Origin: Planctomycetota bacterium
GTDB taxonomy: Bacteria; Planctomycetota; GCA-002687715; DRQF01
Reading direction: 5' to 3'
DNA length: 50,728 nt
Assembly: GCA_036479435.1 (NCBI GenBank)
Contig: JAZGFI010000197.1
Location: 1-50,728, forward strand
Position 1 is the stretch's first letter; each line of letters begins with the position of its first letter. The notes beneath the pieces were generated by a model. It was not told the origin of the DNA and did no database searches. It saw only the letters and a list, made by a program, of their open reading frames with translations. Positions 1 to 9,483 of the stretch are shown piece by piece. The translations under genes were made by a program, and so were the position numbers.

Positions 1-17
1 AGCCAGCCCCGGTAAAT
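1..17. other. Putative cosN: 12-nt cohesive end AGCCAGCCCCGG (1-12) followed by TAAAT arm
   Basis: Joining the window end to its start gives ATTTA|AGCCAGCCCCGG|TAAAT, a dyad around 12 nt. TTTCGCTATTT at 22-32 resembles the lambda left end. Lies upstream of a lambda-type terminase. Confidence 0.7.
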
Positions 18-98
18 AGGATTTCGCTATTTTTGGGGCTCTAAATTACCTAGATAGGCTCAGTTCGCGCTCAGCCTGAAATCCGCTAGGTTTTAGGG

Positions 99-941
99 AT
101 GGAACCGGCAACCATCGGCAAAACAGAACTCGCCCGCTCCCTGGGAATTACCTCGGGTGCCGTCACGTCCGCGTGTCAAGGCGGAGGGTGCCTGGTGCCT
201 GCACTGACGCCTGACGGCAAGCGCTTTTTCCTCGAGCACATCGCGGTGCAGGCCTACATTGCGAAGCCCCGCGCACCCAAGGGCTCGCAACGCTCCGCGG
301 CGGCCTCAAAACCTGCAGCGAGCACAGCACAGCCCTCCGATCCGTTCGCGGCCGCCGCCAATCTTGCTACGGTGGGTGACGCCGGGGGCTGCAGGGCGGG
401 CCCGTCGGGTCCACCGGGCGTCGATTCGGCGGGCTCCACCCCTGTGGCTCCCGGCAGTTTGCGGGTCGAGCTGCCGCTGCCCAGGTCACCCCAGGAGCGA
501 AATGCTGAGGTCATGCTGTATGGACTGCAGCAATCGGCCGAGGGCTACCTGCCGAACGACCTCGGGGAGCTCGGCGCCATGACGCTGCGCGAGGTGGCGG
601 ATAGGTTTGGCACGCTCCCGGGGTTGTCCAGTGTGGTTAAAGCGCTTAAGGACCACTCGGCCATGGAGTGGCAGGAGACCAAGACAGCGGAACGCCGCGG
701 CGACCTCATCGAGCGACGGGTGCTCGAGTCTGTGTTCGTGCCGCTGATCGAGCTGGCGTTCAAGCGGTGCGTGGGTGAGGCGCCGCAGGCACTCACAGAG
801 CAGATCACGGCGCGAGTGCTGGCCGGCGGCACCGACTTCAAGGTGGACGTTGAGGACATCATACGGGGTGAGTACAGCAGCATTCTAAAGGGCTGCCAGC
901 GTTCATTCGCTGCGGAGCTGGAGGCGATGGGCGATGGATGA
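99..941 (+). CDS. terS: Terminase small subunit (Nu1-like)
   Basis: N-terminal HTH-like IGKTELARSLGITSGAVT, C-terminal AERRGDLIER; sits between cos and terL. Confidence 0.7.
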   Translation: MEPATIGKTELARSLGITSGAVTSACQGGGCLVPALTPDGKRFFLEHIAVQAYIAKPRAPKGSQRSAAASKPAASTAQPSDPFAAAANLATVGDAGGCRAGPSGPPGVDSAGSTPVAPGSLRVELPLPRSPQERNAEVMLYGLQQSAEGYLPNDLGELGAMTLREVADRFGTLPGLSSVVKALKDHSAMEWQETKTAERRGDLIERRVLESVFVPLIELAFKRCVGEAPQALTEQITARVLAGGTDFKVDVEDIIRGEYSSILKGCQRSFAAELEAMGDG

Positions 942-1158
942 GAGTGACATCGAAGAGATCAAACCGAGTTGCTACAACTGCGCGTTTATGCGTCGGCACA
1001 GTGGGCACCAGAGCAGCCCGGCACATTGCCACAAGAAGAGCCCGGCGGTGAACGACCACGGGAACGCCGTGTGGCCGCAGATCTACGTGAGTATGGGCTT
1101 CGATCAGGGTGACCCGTGGTGTGGTGATCACAAGTGGGGCGACGGCGATGCTGGTTGA
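934..1158 (+). CDS. Small Cys-rich phage protein
   Basis: CxxC...C...WP...WCGD pattern; overlaps the terS stop. Confidence 0.65.
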   Translation: MDESDIEEIKPSCYNCAFMRRHSGHQSSPAHCHKKSPAVNDHGNAVWPQIYVSMGFDQGDPWCGDHKWGDGDAG

Positions 1159-1174
1159 CACACACCTACCCCCC
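1148..1174 (+). repeat. Copy 1 of a 27-nt duplication of the terL 5' end (MLVDTHLPP)
   Basis: 23/27 identical to 1468-1494. Confidence 0.9.
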
Positions 1175-1455
1175 GGGAGTCGCGGTAGGGGTCTCTTCTC
1201 GGGACTCTGGCCAATCCCGCCAGTAGCTGCTACTGTCGAGCGCGCTCTTACGGGAGCTACTGGCCAAGCACCCCGCCACCTTCGGGTGCGAGATCGAGGT
1301 GCGATATCCAGTGTGGACCTAGGCGGCTGTCTAGCTTTCCTTGCTACGGGAAATGGAGCTAGACAGCCGCTTCGTTATCTGCCCGACATCCCATCCGGGG
1401 AGTCAGACAAACCCTGCGGCCTTCCCTTCAAAAGAGACCGCAGGGTTTGTCGTTC
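1175..1455. ncRNA. Candidate structured RNA / hairpin-rich insert
   Basis: Perfect stems 1219-1228/1255-1264, 1323-1336/1357-1370 and 1406-1419/1438-1451, plus shorter ones. Confidence 0.45.
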
Positions 1456-1467
1456 TCGGAGGCCACG

Positions 1468-3522
1468 GTGCTAGTTGACACGCACCTACCTCCCGACTTC
1501 ACCGTGCCGCCGAGTGACGCGAAGTTTCTGAGCGAGGTGATCCAGGGGCTCACGACCGAGCGGCTACGTATGAAGGTGAGCGAGTGGGCGGCGGAGAAAC
1601 GCTACCTGCCATCCGAGCTCACAGCGAAGCCCGGCATGTGGAGCAACCCATACACGCCGTATCTGGTCGAACCTATGGACTGCCTCAGCGCGGGTCACCC
1701 CGCGCGTAAGATTGTGGTCATGAAGGGCGCGCAGATCGGCGCCACCACAGGGCTTCTCGAGAACTTCATTGGTTACACGATCGACCATGATCCGAGCGGG
1801 TTCATCTATGTGTCTGCAGATAAGGATCTGACGAAGCTCGGCGTTGAGTTGAAGATCGACCGCATGCTGGATCACTCCGGGTTGCGGTCCAAACTCAGTG
1901 CACCCGACGGCGTCAAGACGAAAAAGAGCGGCGACACGGCCACACTGAAGCAGTTCCCGAACGGATTCTTACTAGCTGTGGGCGCACAGAATCCCGGCAA
2001 ACTCCGATCGACATCGTCGAAGAAAGCCGCACTCGATGAAGTCGACGGCATGCCTAGTCTCCTCGGACAAGTCGGCAAGGAAGAAGGCAGCCCGATCGCG
2101 CTCATCGAGAAACGCACCGATACCTACCACGACACCCGCAAGATTCTCTACCTATCGACGCCGCTCAAGATGGCGACGAGTATGATCTACCCGCTGTATC
2201 TGCAGGGCGACCAGCGGCGGTTTAACGTGCCGTGCACGCGGTGCAACCACTTCCAGCATCTTGATTGGCACGGCGTTTCGCTCAATGGCGATACGTATGG
2301 GATGGTGTTCGACTGGGACGAGCGCGGCAAGCTCATCGAGGAGTCGGTGGGTTATAAGTGCATCGCGTGTGAACACGTAATGCGCAATTACGACAAGACG
2401 ATTTTACTACCCGACGGCGAGTGGGTAGCAACCAGCGAGAGTCAAGAGGAAGGGTTGGTGAGTTTCCACATGCCCGCCTTTCTCTCTCCGCCCGGCATGT
2501 ATCCGTGGACGGGTTCAGTGCGTAAATGGTTCATAGCTTGGGACGTGCTTCAGGATAGGGTCAAGGACATTGACGCATATCAAGCATTTCGCAATCTCGA
2601 GGAGGGGCTGCCTTGGGAGGACCGCGGCGAGTCGCCCAAGTTCCAAGCTGTGCAGAGTCGCCGCCGTATGATCTACTCGGAGGGGGAAATCCCGAACGTA
2701 AAAATCATCGAGGAGACCGGGGCACCGGCCGTTCTCGTGACGGCGGCGGTGGACGTCCACAAGGATCGGCTGGATGTGGAAACGGTCGCATGGTGCCACT
2801 CGCGGCAGACGTACTCGATCGACTGGCTGCACTTCGAGGGCGATGTGGACGATATGAGCGATGAGGGCCCGTGGAACGAGCTCGAAAAGCTCATCGAGGG
2901 CCCCGGGTACACGGCAGACGACGGGCGCGTGTACCGCATCCAGGTGACCCTGATCGACGTGGGGTACGGGCAGAAAGTCGACCCGGTGTACCAGTTCGCG
3001 CAGCGCTACTCAACGGGCGTGATCCCTGTGATGGGCCGCAAGATGCCGCCCAAAGGCAGCTTGATTAGAGAGTTCCAGCAGTCCGAGTCCAAGACGGGGA
3101 ATATGCTGTACAACGTCACGGCGTCGCTCTACAAAGATCGCGTCGCGGCATGGATTCGCAAGGAGTGGAACGCAGGCATGCTGCAGCCGGAGGGAATGCT
3201 CAACTTTCCGCAGGATCGAGGGGACGACTATTTTAAGCAGTACGAAGCGGAAGAGAAAGTCGAGCTCATCGACGCGCGCACGAAGCAGCGCAAAGGATGG
3301 GAGTGGAGGCAGATCGGGCAACGGCCGAACCACGCGTGGGACTGCCGTGTGTATAACTCCGCGGCCTACGACATGATCGTGCTCGAGGTGTGTCAGGAGT
3401 TGCTCGAGCTGCCTAAGTTGGATTACGAGGCTTTCTCCAACTATGCGACGCCACGACAGAATTCCGCCGGCAAGTGGCTGGAAACGCCGTTCAGCTACCA
3501 CCCTGAGCAGGTTGTGGCGTAG
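1468..3522 (+). CDS. terL: Terminase large subunit, lambda GpA family
   Basis: W..TPYLVEPMD, MKGAQIGAT Walker A, ALDEVD Walker B, LSTP, VDVH and NHAWDCRVY; GTG start preceded by GGAGG. Confidence 0.95.
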   Translation: MLVDTHLPPDFTVPPSDAKFLSEVIQGLTTERLRMKVSEWAAEKRYLPSELTAKPGMWSNPYTPYLVEPMDCLSAGHPARKIVVMKGAQIGATTGLLENFIGYTIDHDPSGFIYVSADKDLTKLGVELKIDRMLDHSGLRSKLSAPDGVKTKKSGDTATLKQFPNGFLLAVGAQNPGKLRSTSSKKAALDEVDGMPSLLGQVGKEEGSPIALIEKRTDTYHDTRKILYLSTPLKMATSMIYPLYLQGDQRRFNVPCTRCNHFQHLDWHGVSLNGDTYGMVFDWDERGKLIEESVGYKCIACEHVMRNYDKTILLPDGEWVATSESQEEGLVSFHMPAFLSPPGMYPWTGSVRKWFIAWDVLQDRVKDIDAYQAFRNLEEGLPWEDRGESPKFQAVQSRRRMIYSEGEIPNVKIIEETGAPAVLVTAAVDVHKDRLDVETVAWCHSRQTYSIDWLHFEGDVDDMSDEGPWNELEKLIEGPGYTADDGRVYRIQVTLIDVGYGQKVDPVYQFAQRYSTGVIPVMGRKMPPKGSLIREFQQSESKTGNMLYNVTASLYKDRVAAWIRKEWNAGMLQPEGMLNFPQDRGDDYFKQYEAEEKVELIDARTKQRKGWEWRQIGQRPNHAWDCRVYNSAAYDMIVLEVCQELLELPKLDYEAFSNYATPRQNSAGKWLETPFSYHPEQVVA

Positions 3523-3539
3523 CGTGATACGCTCGCAGA

Positions 3540-3794
3540 ATGAATGTGAGCGATCTGCAGGCAGAGATTGTGACGACGCGGGCGATTCTGGACGCGATCA
3601 GTGCGGCTATTCAGGCGCTCGCAGATCCCACGATCAGTAGCTACACGCTCGACACCGGGCAGACTCAGCAGCGCGTCAGCCGCGAGAACTTGCCGCAGAT
3701 CTTGCAAGAGCGGCGCCGGTTGCAGAGTGATCTGTGTGCGCTCGAGAACCGCCTTACCGGGGCCGGTGTGACGAGGGGCCAGCCCCTATGGTGA
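3540..3794 (+). CDS. gpW-like head completion protein
   Basis: SYTLDTGQTQQRVSR motif; lies between terL and portal. Confidence 0.75.
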   Translation: MNVSDLQAEIVTTRAILDAISAAIQALADPTISSYTLDTGQTQQRVSRENLPQILQERRRLQSDLCALENRLTGAGVTRGQPLW

Positions 3795-5476
3795 GCCCGG
3801 TCGTCACCACCACACAGCCCGCCGGCGACCCGTTCTCGATGGCCGCCAAGCTAGCCGATCCGTTTTCATATTCCGCGTCAGTGGGCGGCTTCGGGGGTCG
3901 CGGCGGGCGAGACTTTGTGCGCAACTTCTGGGGCGGCGACAAGTTCCCCGGCGGCTTCGGTATCACCAAGATTGACGTTCTCGACTACTGGGAACTTCGT
4001 ACGCGTTCGGCGCAGTTGTTCCGGGAGAATCTCTACGCGCGAGGGCTGCTTCGGCGGCTCGTCACGAACGAGATCAACGTAGGGTTGACGCTCGAGGCTG
4101 AGCCCAACGACGAGCTGCTTTCCGATCTCACCGACGAGCAAGCCGAGGAGTGGGGCGAGTCGGTTGAGAATCGATTCGAGGTGTGGTCGAGCAACCCGAA
4201 GCTGTGTGATTACGAGGAGCGGCGGACGTTCGGCGAGCTCCAGCAGCATGCTCGCATGGAGGCGATGATCGAGGGGGATATTCTCGTTGTCCTGCGTATG
4301 GACAAACGGACGAATCTCCCAAAAATACAATTGATTCGGGGTGGGCGCGTGACAACCCCGTTCGGGGACGTGCCGCGAGACAAGTTGGCGCGGATCTCGA
4401 ACGGGGTTGAAGTGGACGATCGCGGCCGACACCTTGGGTTCTGGGTCGCCGATAAGTTCGGCAAGCACGATCGCATAGCGGCATTCGGGCCGCGTACGAA
4501 GCGGCGCATGGCGTGGCTCGTGTACGGCACCGACAACCGTAGCGATCAGGTACGTGGCACCCCGATACTCTCGCTAGTGCTGCAGTCGCTCAATGAGCTG
4601 GACCGGTATCGCGATAGCGAGCAGCGCGCCGCTACGGTGAATTCGATTCTGGCTATGTTCATCCAGAAGGACGTTCCCGGCGTCGGAACGTTACCTATCA
4701 GCGGCGGAGCGGTACGCAACCAGATCGTGCAGTCGACGGGTACCAACGGCGAGATACGAGAATTCAAGCAGGCCGATCAGTGGCCCGGCATGGTCATCGA
4801 AGAGCTGAACGTTGGCGAGAAACCGGTTAGCTTCGACACGAAGCGGCCGAACGCCAATTACCCCGAGTTCGAGGCGGCCATCATCAACGCCATTGCGTGG
4901 GCAAACGAAGTGCCGCCCGAGGTGCTAACGCTCGCGTTCAGTGCGAACTATTCCGCCAGCAAAGCGGCAATCAACGAGTTCAAAGCATATCTGACAAAGT
5001 TTCGCCGCGGGTGGGGCGTGACGTTCTGCCAGCCGATCTATATCGAATGGTTGATTTCGGAGACACTCGCTGGACGTGTGACCGCGCAGGGCTTCCTCGA
5101 GGCGTGGCGCAACCCGATGCAGTTCGACGTGTTCGGCGCATGGATACGCGCGGAGTGGGGCGGCCCGGTCAAGCCATCCATCGAGCTGAAAAAGGACGTC
5201 GAGGCGTACGGTGCGGCGATTGACCGAGGGTTCACGAATCACGACCGGGCCTCTAAAGATCTGTTCGGGCAGCGGTTCACGACCGTACAGAAGCGGCTGC
5301 TTAAAGAGCGGCGATTGATCCAGAAGAACAACGAAGCACTAGGAATCACTCCGCAAGGGGAGGCAGCCGGCGAGGGGCAGGCTGCTGGGGGAGCACTCGA
5401 CCCGAATACGGGAATGTCAGCGAGTCAATTTGACAATGTTGTCGAGTTGGTATCTGACGAACTTCGAGAGGCTTGA
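3788..5476 (+). CDS. Portal protein, lambda family
   Basis: LRTRS..L.REN, NGVEVDDRGR, QVRGTP, NYSASKAA. Confidence 0.93.
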   Translation: MVSPVVTTTQPAGDPFSMAAKLADPFSYSASVGGFGGRGGRDFVRNFWGGDKFPGGFGITKIDVLDYWELRTRSAQLFRENLYARGLLRRLVTNEINVGLTLEAEPNDELLSDLTDEQAEEWGESVENRFEVWSSNPKLCDYEERRTFGELQQHARMEAMIEGDILVVLRMDKRTNLPKIQLIRGGRVTTPFGDVPRDKLARISNGVEVDDRGRHLGFWVADKFGKHDRIAAFGPRTKRRMAWLVYGTDNRSDQVRGTPILSLVLQSLNELDRYRDSEQRAATVNSILAMFIQKDVPGVGTLPISGGAVRNQIVQSTGTNGEIREFKQADQWPGMVIEELNVGEKPVSFDTKRPNANYPEFEAAIINAIAWANEVPPEVLTLAFSANYSASKAAINEFKAYLTKFRRGWGVTFCQPIYIEWLISETLAGRVTAQGFLEAWRNPMQFDVFGAWIRAEWGGPVKPSIELKKDVEAYGAAIDRGFTNHDRASKDLFGQRFTTVQKRLLKERRLIQKNNEALGITPQGEAAGEGQAAGGALDPNTGMSASQFDNVVELVSDELREA

Positions 5477-5478
5477 AT

Positions 5479-5739
5479 ATGCCCCGCACGGTTATAGACG
5501 TTACGCCGGTCGATACGTGGATCGATCTTGGCGCCGGACATCAGGTCGTCAGCATACTGAAGCAAGGTGCCGGCGTATTGCGCTTGAACAACACGAACAC
5601 CGAACCGGCCGCTACGGATGGCGCCATCGTGATCGGGCAGGGGCGAGCGGATGACCAGTGGGGAAACACGTCCCCAACTGACACCGTCTATGTGATGGCA
5701 ACCGGTCTCGGCTGGGAAGTCACGACGGACCCGGCCTAA
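5479..5739 (+). CDS. Hypothetical virion protein
   Basis: Coupled ORF after the portal; beta-rich composition. Confidence 0.6.
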   Translation: MPRTVIDVTPVDTWIDLGAGHQVVSILKQGAGVLRLNNTNTEPAATDGAIVIGQGRADDQWGNTSPTDTVYVMATGLGWEVTTDPA

Positions 5740-6101
5740 TGGCTCTCCTCGACATCGAACGGTTTGCGGGTTACCTGGGCGGCTTGCTTAGCTTCGGCCC
5801 GCGCAGTGGTATCGCCCTGTACGACAGCACTGCAGTGAGCGCTGACTATCCGAATGTGGAGATACTCGGAGTTACGGATACGACCGCGCCTCGTACGATC
5901 ACGTTGCAGAGTGCGCAGATTGCGGTAGTGGGTTTTCTCTTCGAGATCAATGACGAGAGCGGCGGCGCTAATGTGCAAAACATCACGATCGACACCGAGG
6001 GGGCGCAGACTATAGACGGGGTGGCGTCAGTTAATATCACCGAAAATTTCGGTGGTGTTAGGTTTTACACGAACGGCTCGAACGTATTTAGCCGGACATA
6101 A
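5739..6101 (+). CDS. Putative fibre/decoration-associated protein
   Basis: TITL...INDESGGA...ITI...TIDG pattern typical of phage fibre domains. Confidence 0.6.
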   Translation: MALLDIERFAGYLGGLLSFGPRSGIALYDSTAVSADYPNVEILGVTDTTAPRTITLQSAQIAVVGFLFEINDESGGANVQNITIDTEGAQTIDGVASVNITENFGGVRFYTNGSNVFSRT

Positions 6102-6113
6102 GGGGCGCCGACT

Positions 6114-7343
6114 ATGGCCGGAAATACGAATGTGACGGACCGTATCCCCTCTCGGATCGCGCGCAACACGTTTGAAATTTTCACAATGAACGACTTTCCG
6201 GCCCCCGTTTCGAATGTGATCACGTTGGAGACCGGGGTCTACGTGCTCGCGGACAACCTGTCTACTCCTTGTTCATTCGACATCGCTCCAAATGCGATCG
6301 TCGAGGTGCTGGCGGCCGGTTTCGGTAAGCTCATTTTTTATACCGGCACCGGGACGATGTTCACGTCGACGGGTGGCTTGTTCCTAGGGTTGGAGCGGAT
6401 CAACCTTGATCTGAGCGGCAATGGCGCACAGCTCCTCGACCTCGATGGCCCCTCATTGCTGGTTCGGTTGATGAGAGCGGAATTCACCGGGACAGGTGGA
6501 GTGCTCGGAACTGTAGTAAACGCGGGCGAATCGGCGCTCTTGTCGATATCACAGTTCATCGACTTCGCTGATGGCTTTTCGTTTGATAGCTCTCCTCGGG
6601 TACAATTCGAAGATATCGAGTTCACCACGAACGACACAGGCTCTACGCCTGTCATTTCTACCGGATCTGGAGTCCCGGACTTCAATGCTGACAACCTGAG
6701 GTTCGACGCTGGGGTATCCGAGGCGCTGTTTGATATCGATCCAGCGCTCTCCGGCTCGGCCATCATCGATCATATCCACAACGAGAACGATTCGGACTTC
6801 TTTGCTGCGGGCAGCCTGGACGAGGCGGATCCCAGGGTTTTGGTGAGCACTTCGCCGCCTCAGAAGTCAAGCGCGAACAAGGCCGGGGGTTTCGTCAACC
6901 TGAACGGGACCGCGACTACGGGCATAGTGAATGGGGTATTTCAAGACTGCGTGTTCGGCACCGCAGGCGTTGCCCTGACTGAAACGGCCGATACTGAGCG
7001 CTGGCAGATGACAGACGAGATTAACGGGACGTTCGAGTTCCTAGGGGCATTCCCGTTCAATGGGTACATCAGCTCCGATATAGCCATTTCATCGTCCGGC
7101 GTTCTGACCGGTTGGCGGATCAAATACCTGATCGATGAGGGGAGCGGCTTCGTCGATCTCGACGACCTGGTCGAAATGCTTGTCTTCTCAGCGAATGCAA
7201 CTGGGACTGCATCGCATTTGCTCCCGCTTCGATGCGTACCAGGCACGCTCCTTAAGCCTCAGATAACGCGGGTCAATGGGGTCCAGGTTCCTACAATCAT
7301 GAATTACGTTATGAACGCTTTCGCGTCTCAGGGGGTCATCTAG
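6114..7343 (+). CDS. Acidic beta-rich putative fibre/spike protein
   Basis: 409-aa ORF rich in G/S/T/D/F, beta-solenoid-like. Confidence 0.6.
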   Translation: MAGNTNVTDRIPSRIARNTFEIFTMNDFPAPVSNVITLETGVYVLADNLSTPCSFDIAPNAIVEVLAAGFGKLIFYTGTGTMFTSTGGLFLGLERINLDLSGNGAQLLDLDGPSLLVRLMRAEFTGTGGVLGTVVNAGESALLSISQFIDFADGFSFDSSPRVQFEDIEFTTNDTGSTPVISTGSGVPDFNADNLRFDAGVSEALFDIDPALSGSAIIDHIHNENDSDFFAAGSLDEADPRVLVSTSPPQKSSANKAGGFVNLNGTATTGIVNGVFQDCVFGTAGVALTETADTERWQMTDEINGTFEFLGAFPFNGYISSDIAISSSGVLTGWRIKYLIDEGSGFVDLDDLVEMLVFSANATGTASHLLPLRCVPGTLLKPQITRVNGVQVPTIMNYVMNAFASQGVI

Positions 7344-7801
7344 TGGGGAAGCCTACCTTCGGCGTCGCGTATCGATTTCTCACAACCTTGACTTCGAAGG
7401 GTGGGGGTTCGCAGACGGATCCGACTATCGCGCCAGGAGACTTCCAAGTGTCAACCGCCTTTGGGTCCTTCGTGAATCTCGCGACACTTCCCGTCGTCGA
7501 GCCAGCGGGCGGCGCGCTTGTTCAGATCGATCTATCGGCGGCGGAAATGTCTGGAAATCGGATCACAGTTTTAGGAGTCGACTCAGCTGGTGACGAGTGG
7601 GCTGATGCTCTGATATTCATCGATACACCTGACGTCACGACCGTTGAGGTTTTTGATACGCTAACCAACGACTCGACGACAGTGGCTCAGCCTGACGGGT
7701 CTAGAATACTGACGATCTTCGAAGATGACGGAACCACAGTTAAGGCTAGAGTTCAGATCAGCGAAGACGGGCGGACTCGCACTCGATTGCCTCTAGTGTA
7801 G
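7343..7801 (+). CDS. Hypothetical virion protein
   Basis: Coupled ORF (TAGTG overlap) within the head module. Confidence 0.6.
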   Translation: MGKPTFGVAYRFLTTLTSKGGGSQTDPTIAPGDFQVSTAFGSFVNLATLPVVEPAGGALVQIDLSAAEMSGNRITVLGVDSAGDEWADALIFIDTPDVTTVEVFDTLTNDSTTVAQPDGSRILTIFEDDGTTVKARVQISEDGRTRTRLPLV

Positions 7802-7820
7802 ACTGGGGATAAGGGAAATC

Positions 7821-9065
7821 ATGATCAACGTAAACGGACTGTGGCTCATGGACGCGGGCTATTTTGAGTCGATGGCCGAAGGGTACACTCGGTTTGAAGT
7901 GGAACCCGAGCCGTTCCAAGCGTTCATCGAACGGGTGAGTGCTCGTGACGCGGGGCCGCGTTTCATCATGCAGGATGGCATCGCGCATATCCCGGTGATG
8001 GGGCCGCTCACGGTGGAACCCGAGGTGTTCTTTTCGATCTTCGGCGGGAGCGGCGGGACGGTATTCGGTGACATTGTGGCTGCGGCTCGAGAGGCCGACG
8101 CGGACCCGGAAGTGTCGAAGGTGATTTTTGAGATTGACAGCCCGGGCGGTAGCAGTGCGGGGTTCTTCGAGACGGCGAAAGCAATCCGCAACATGACGAC
8201 GCCGACCGAGGCCCACATCACAGATTTGGGCGCGTCAGCAGCCTTCGGACTCGCCGCGCAGACCGATCGAATCGTGGCGCAAAATCCCATGGCGCTGGTT
8301 GGAAGTGTGGGTGTTGTGACAAATCGGTTTGTGTCTGAGAACCGCGTCACGATCCGCTCAAGCGCGGCTCCGCTCAAGAATCCCGACGCCGGAACGCCCG
8401 AAGGCGTCGCGGCGATCCAGGCAGAGCTGGACGCGATACATACTGAATTCGTTCAGGTAATTGCGGATGGACGATCGAAAGCGACCGGGCAAACGGTGAC
8501 GGTAGAAACGATCAACAGTGACTTTGGGCGCGGCGCAGTGGTCACAGGGCGTGACGCACTTGCGGCAGGAATGGTTGATGCTATTGCTGACGCAACCGCG
8601 ACCGAGGGGGGCGGCCGGGCTCCGGCTGAGAATCCCCAAGCCAGCTCAACGGAGAAGAACACCATGGATCTCGAAATTCTCAAGTCGCAGCACCCCGATA
8701 TCTACGCCGCCGTGATGGCCCTCGGGCGCACTGACGGGCACACCGCGGGAGTCAAAGAAGAACGCGACCGCGTGAGCGCACACGTCATCGCCGCGAAGGC
8801 GTGCGGCGAGCAGGGCACTGCGATCGCAATGGGGTTCATCGACGACGGTTCCGACTTCAGCTCGCAGACCGTGCAGGCAACCTACATGACGGCGCGTGTC
8901 AACGGCTCCGACATCACCGCCCGCAACGACGATGACAACGACGCCAAGACGGGACCGGCCGCCACGAACGCCGGCGAGATCGAGGAGCCCGACGAGGACG
9001 CAAACACGATGGCAATTTTCGCGGAGGTTCGCGAGAACCGAGGGATGGCACCGATCAACGAGTAG
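7821..9065 (+). CDS. Prohead protease (S49/ClpP-like) with C-terminal scaffold
   Basis: IDSPGG, GASAAFGLA, VGSVGV, GMVDAI. Confidence 0.92.
   Translation: MINVNGLWLMDAGYFESMAEGYTRFEVEPEPFQAFIERVSARDAGPRFIMQDGIAHIPVMGPLTVEPEVFFSIFGGSGGTVFGDIVAAAREADADPEVSKVIFEIDSPGGSSAGFFETAKAIRNMTTPTEAHITDLGASAAFGLAAQTDRIVAQNPMALVGSVGVVTNRFVSENRVTIRSSAAPLKNPDAGTPEGVAAIQAELDAIHTEFVQVIADGRSKATGQTVTVETINSDFGRGAVVTGRDALAAGMVDAIADATATEGGGRAPAENPQASSTEKNTMDLEILKSQHPDIYAAVMALGRTDGHTAGVKEERDRVSAHVIAAKACGEQGTAIAMGFIDDGSDFSSQTVQATYMTARVNGSDITARNDDDNDAKTGPAATNAGEIEEPDEDANTMAIFAEVRENRGMAPINE
8664..9065 (+). CDS. Putative nested in-frame scaffolding protein (Nu3-like)
   Basis: Internal ATG (MDLEILKSQHP) preceded by GGAGAAG, after a flexible linker. 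Confidence 0.55.
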   Translation: MDLEILKSQHPDIYAAVMALGRTDGHTAGVKEERDRVSAHVIAAKACGEQGTAIAMGFIDDGSDFSSQTVQATYMTARVNGSDITARNDDDNDAKTGPAATNAGEIEEPDEDANTMAIFAEVRENRGMAPINE

Positions 9066-9080
9066 TGGGGAGGTTGCCGC

Positions 9081-9464
9081 GTGGCGGCATCGGAAATCAC
9101 CAATTCACGTGAGACAGTCGAGCTATTCGACATTGTGTATCGCTTGGGGGTGCAGCTCGCGAACGTCACCCCTTTCGGCACGCTAGTGGCGGGCACGATC
9201 CTTGCGCGTACTGGTGCGTTTCTTGTCCCCTACGACCCGGCGGGGGCGGGGGATATTACGGTACCCGTCGGTGTTCTCGGGGCGGATGTTGTCAACCCGG
9301 CGGCCGGGGGTCAGTTCATCGACATCCGGCATATCGTCGGCGGCGGTGTTCGGCGTGAGCTGCTTGATGTTTTCGGAGTCGGCGCAGCAACGGATATTGA
9401 CGTTGACGCGCTTCGGTCCGTTGGAATTATCCCAGTTGCCGTAAAGCAACTGCGGAAGACTTGA
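9081..9464 (+). CDS. Head decoration protein, paralogue 1
   Basis: AGTILAR, VGVLGADV, GIIP; position before the capsid gene. Confidence 0.75.
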   Translation: MAASEITNSRETVELFDIVYRLGVQLANVTPFGTLVAGTILARTGAFLVPYDPAGAGDITVPVGVLGADVVNPAAGGQFIDIRHIVGGGVRRELLDVFGVGAATDIDVDALRSVGIIPVAVKQLRKT

Positions 9465-9483
9465 AAAAGGGAGTGTACTAGAT

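Noticed and set aside
1109..1474. ORF spanning the hairpin insert as a real protein
   Set aside because: Only the MLVDTHLPP duplicate is recognisable and the rest is better explained by RNA/DNA structure; translation as a leader is not excluded.
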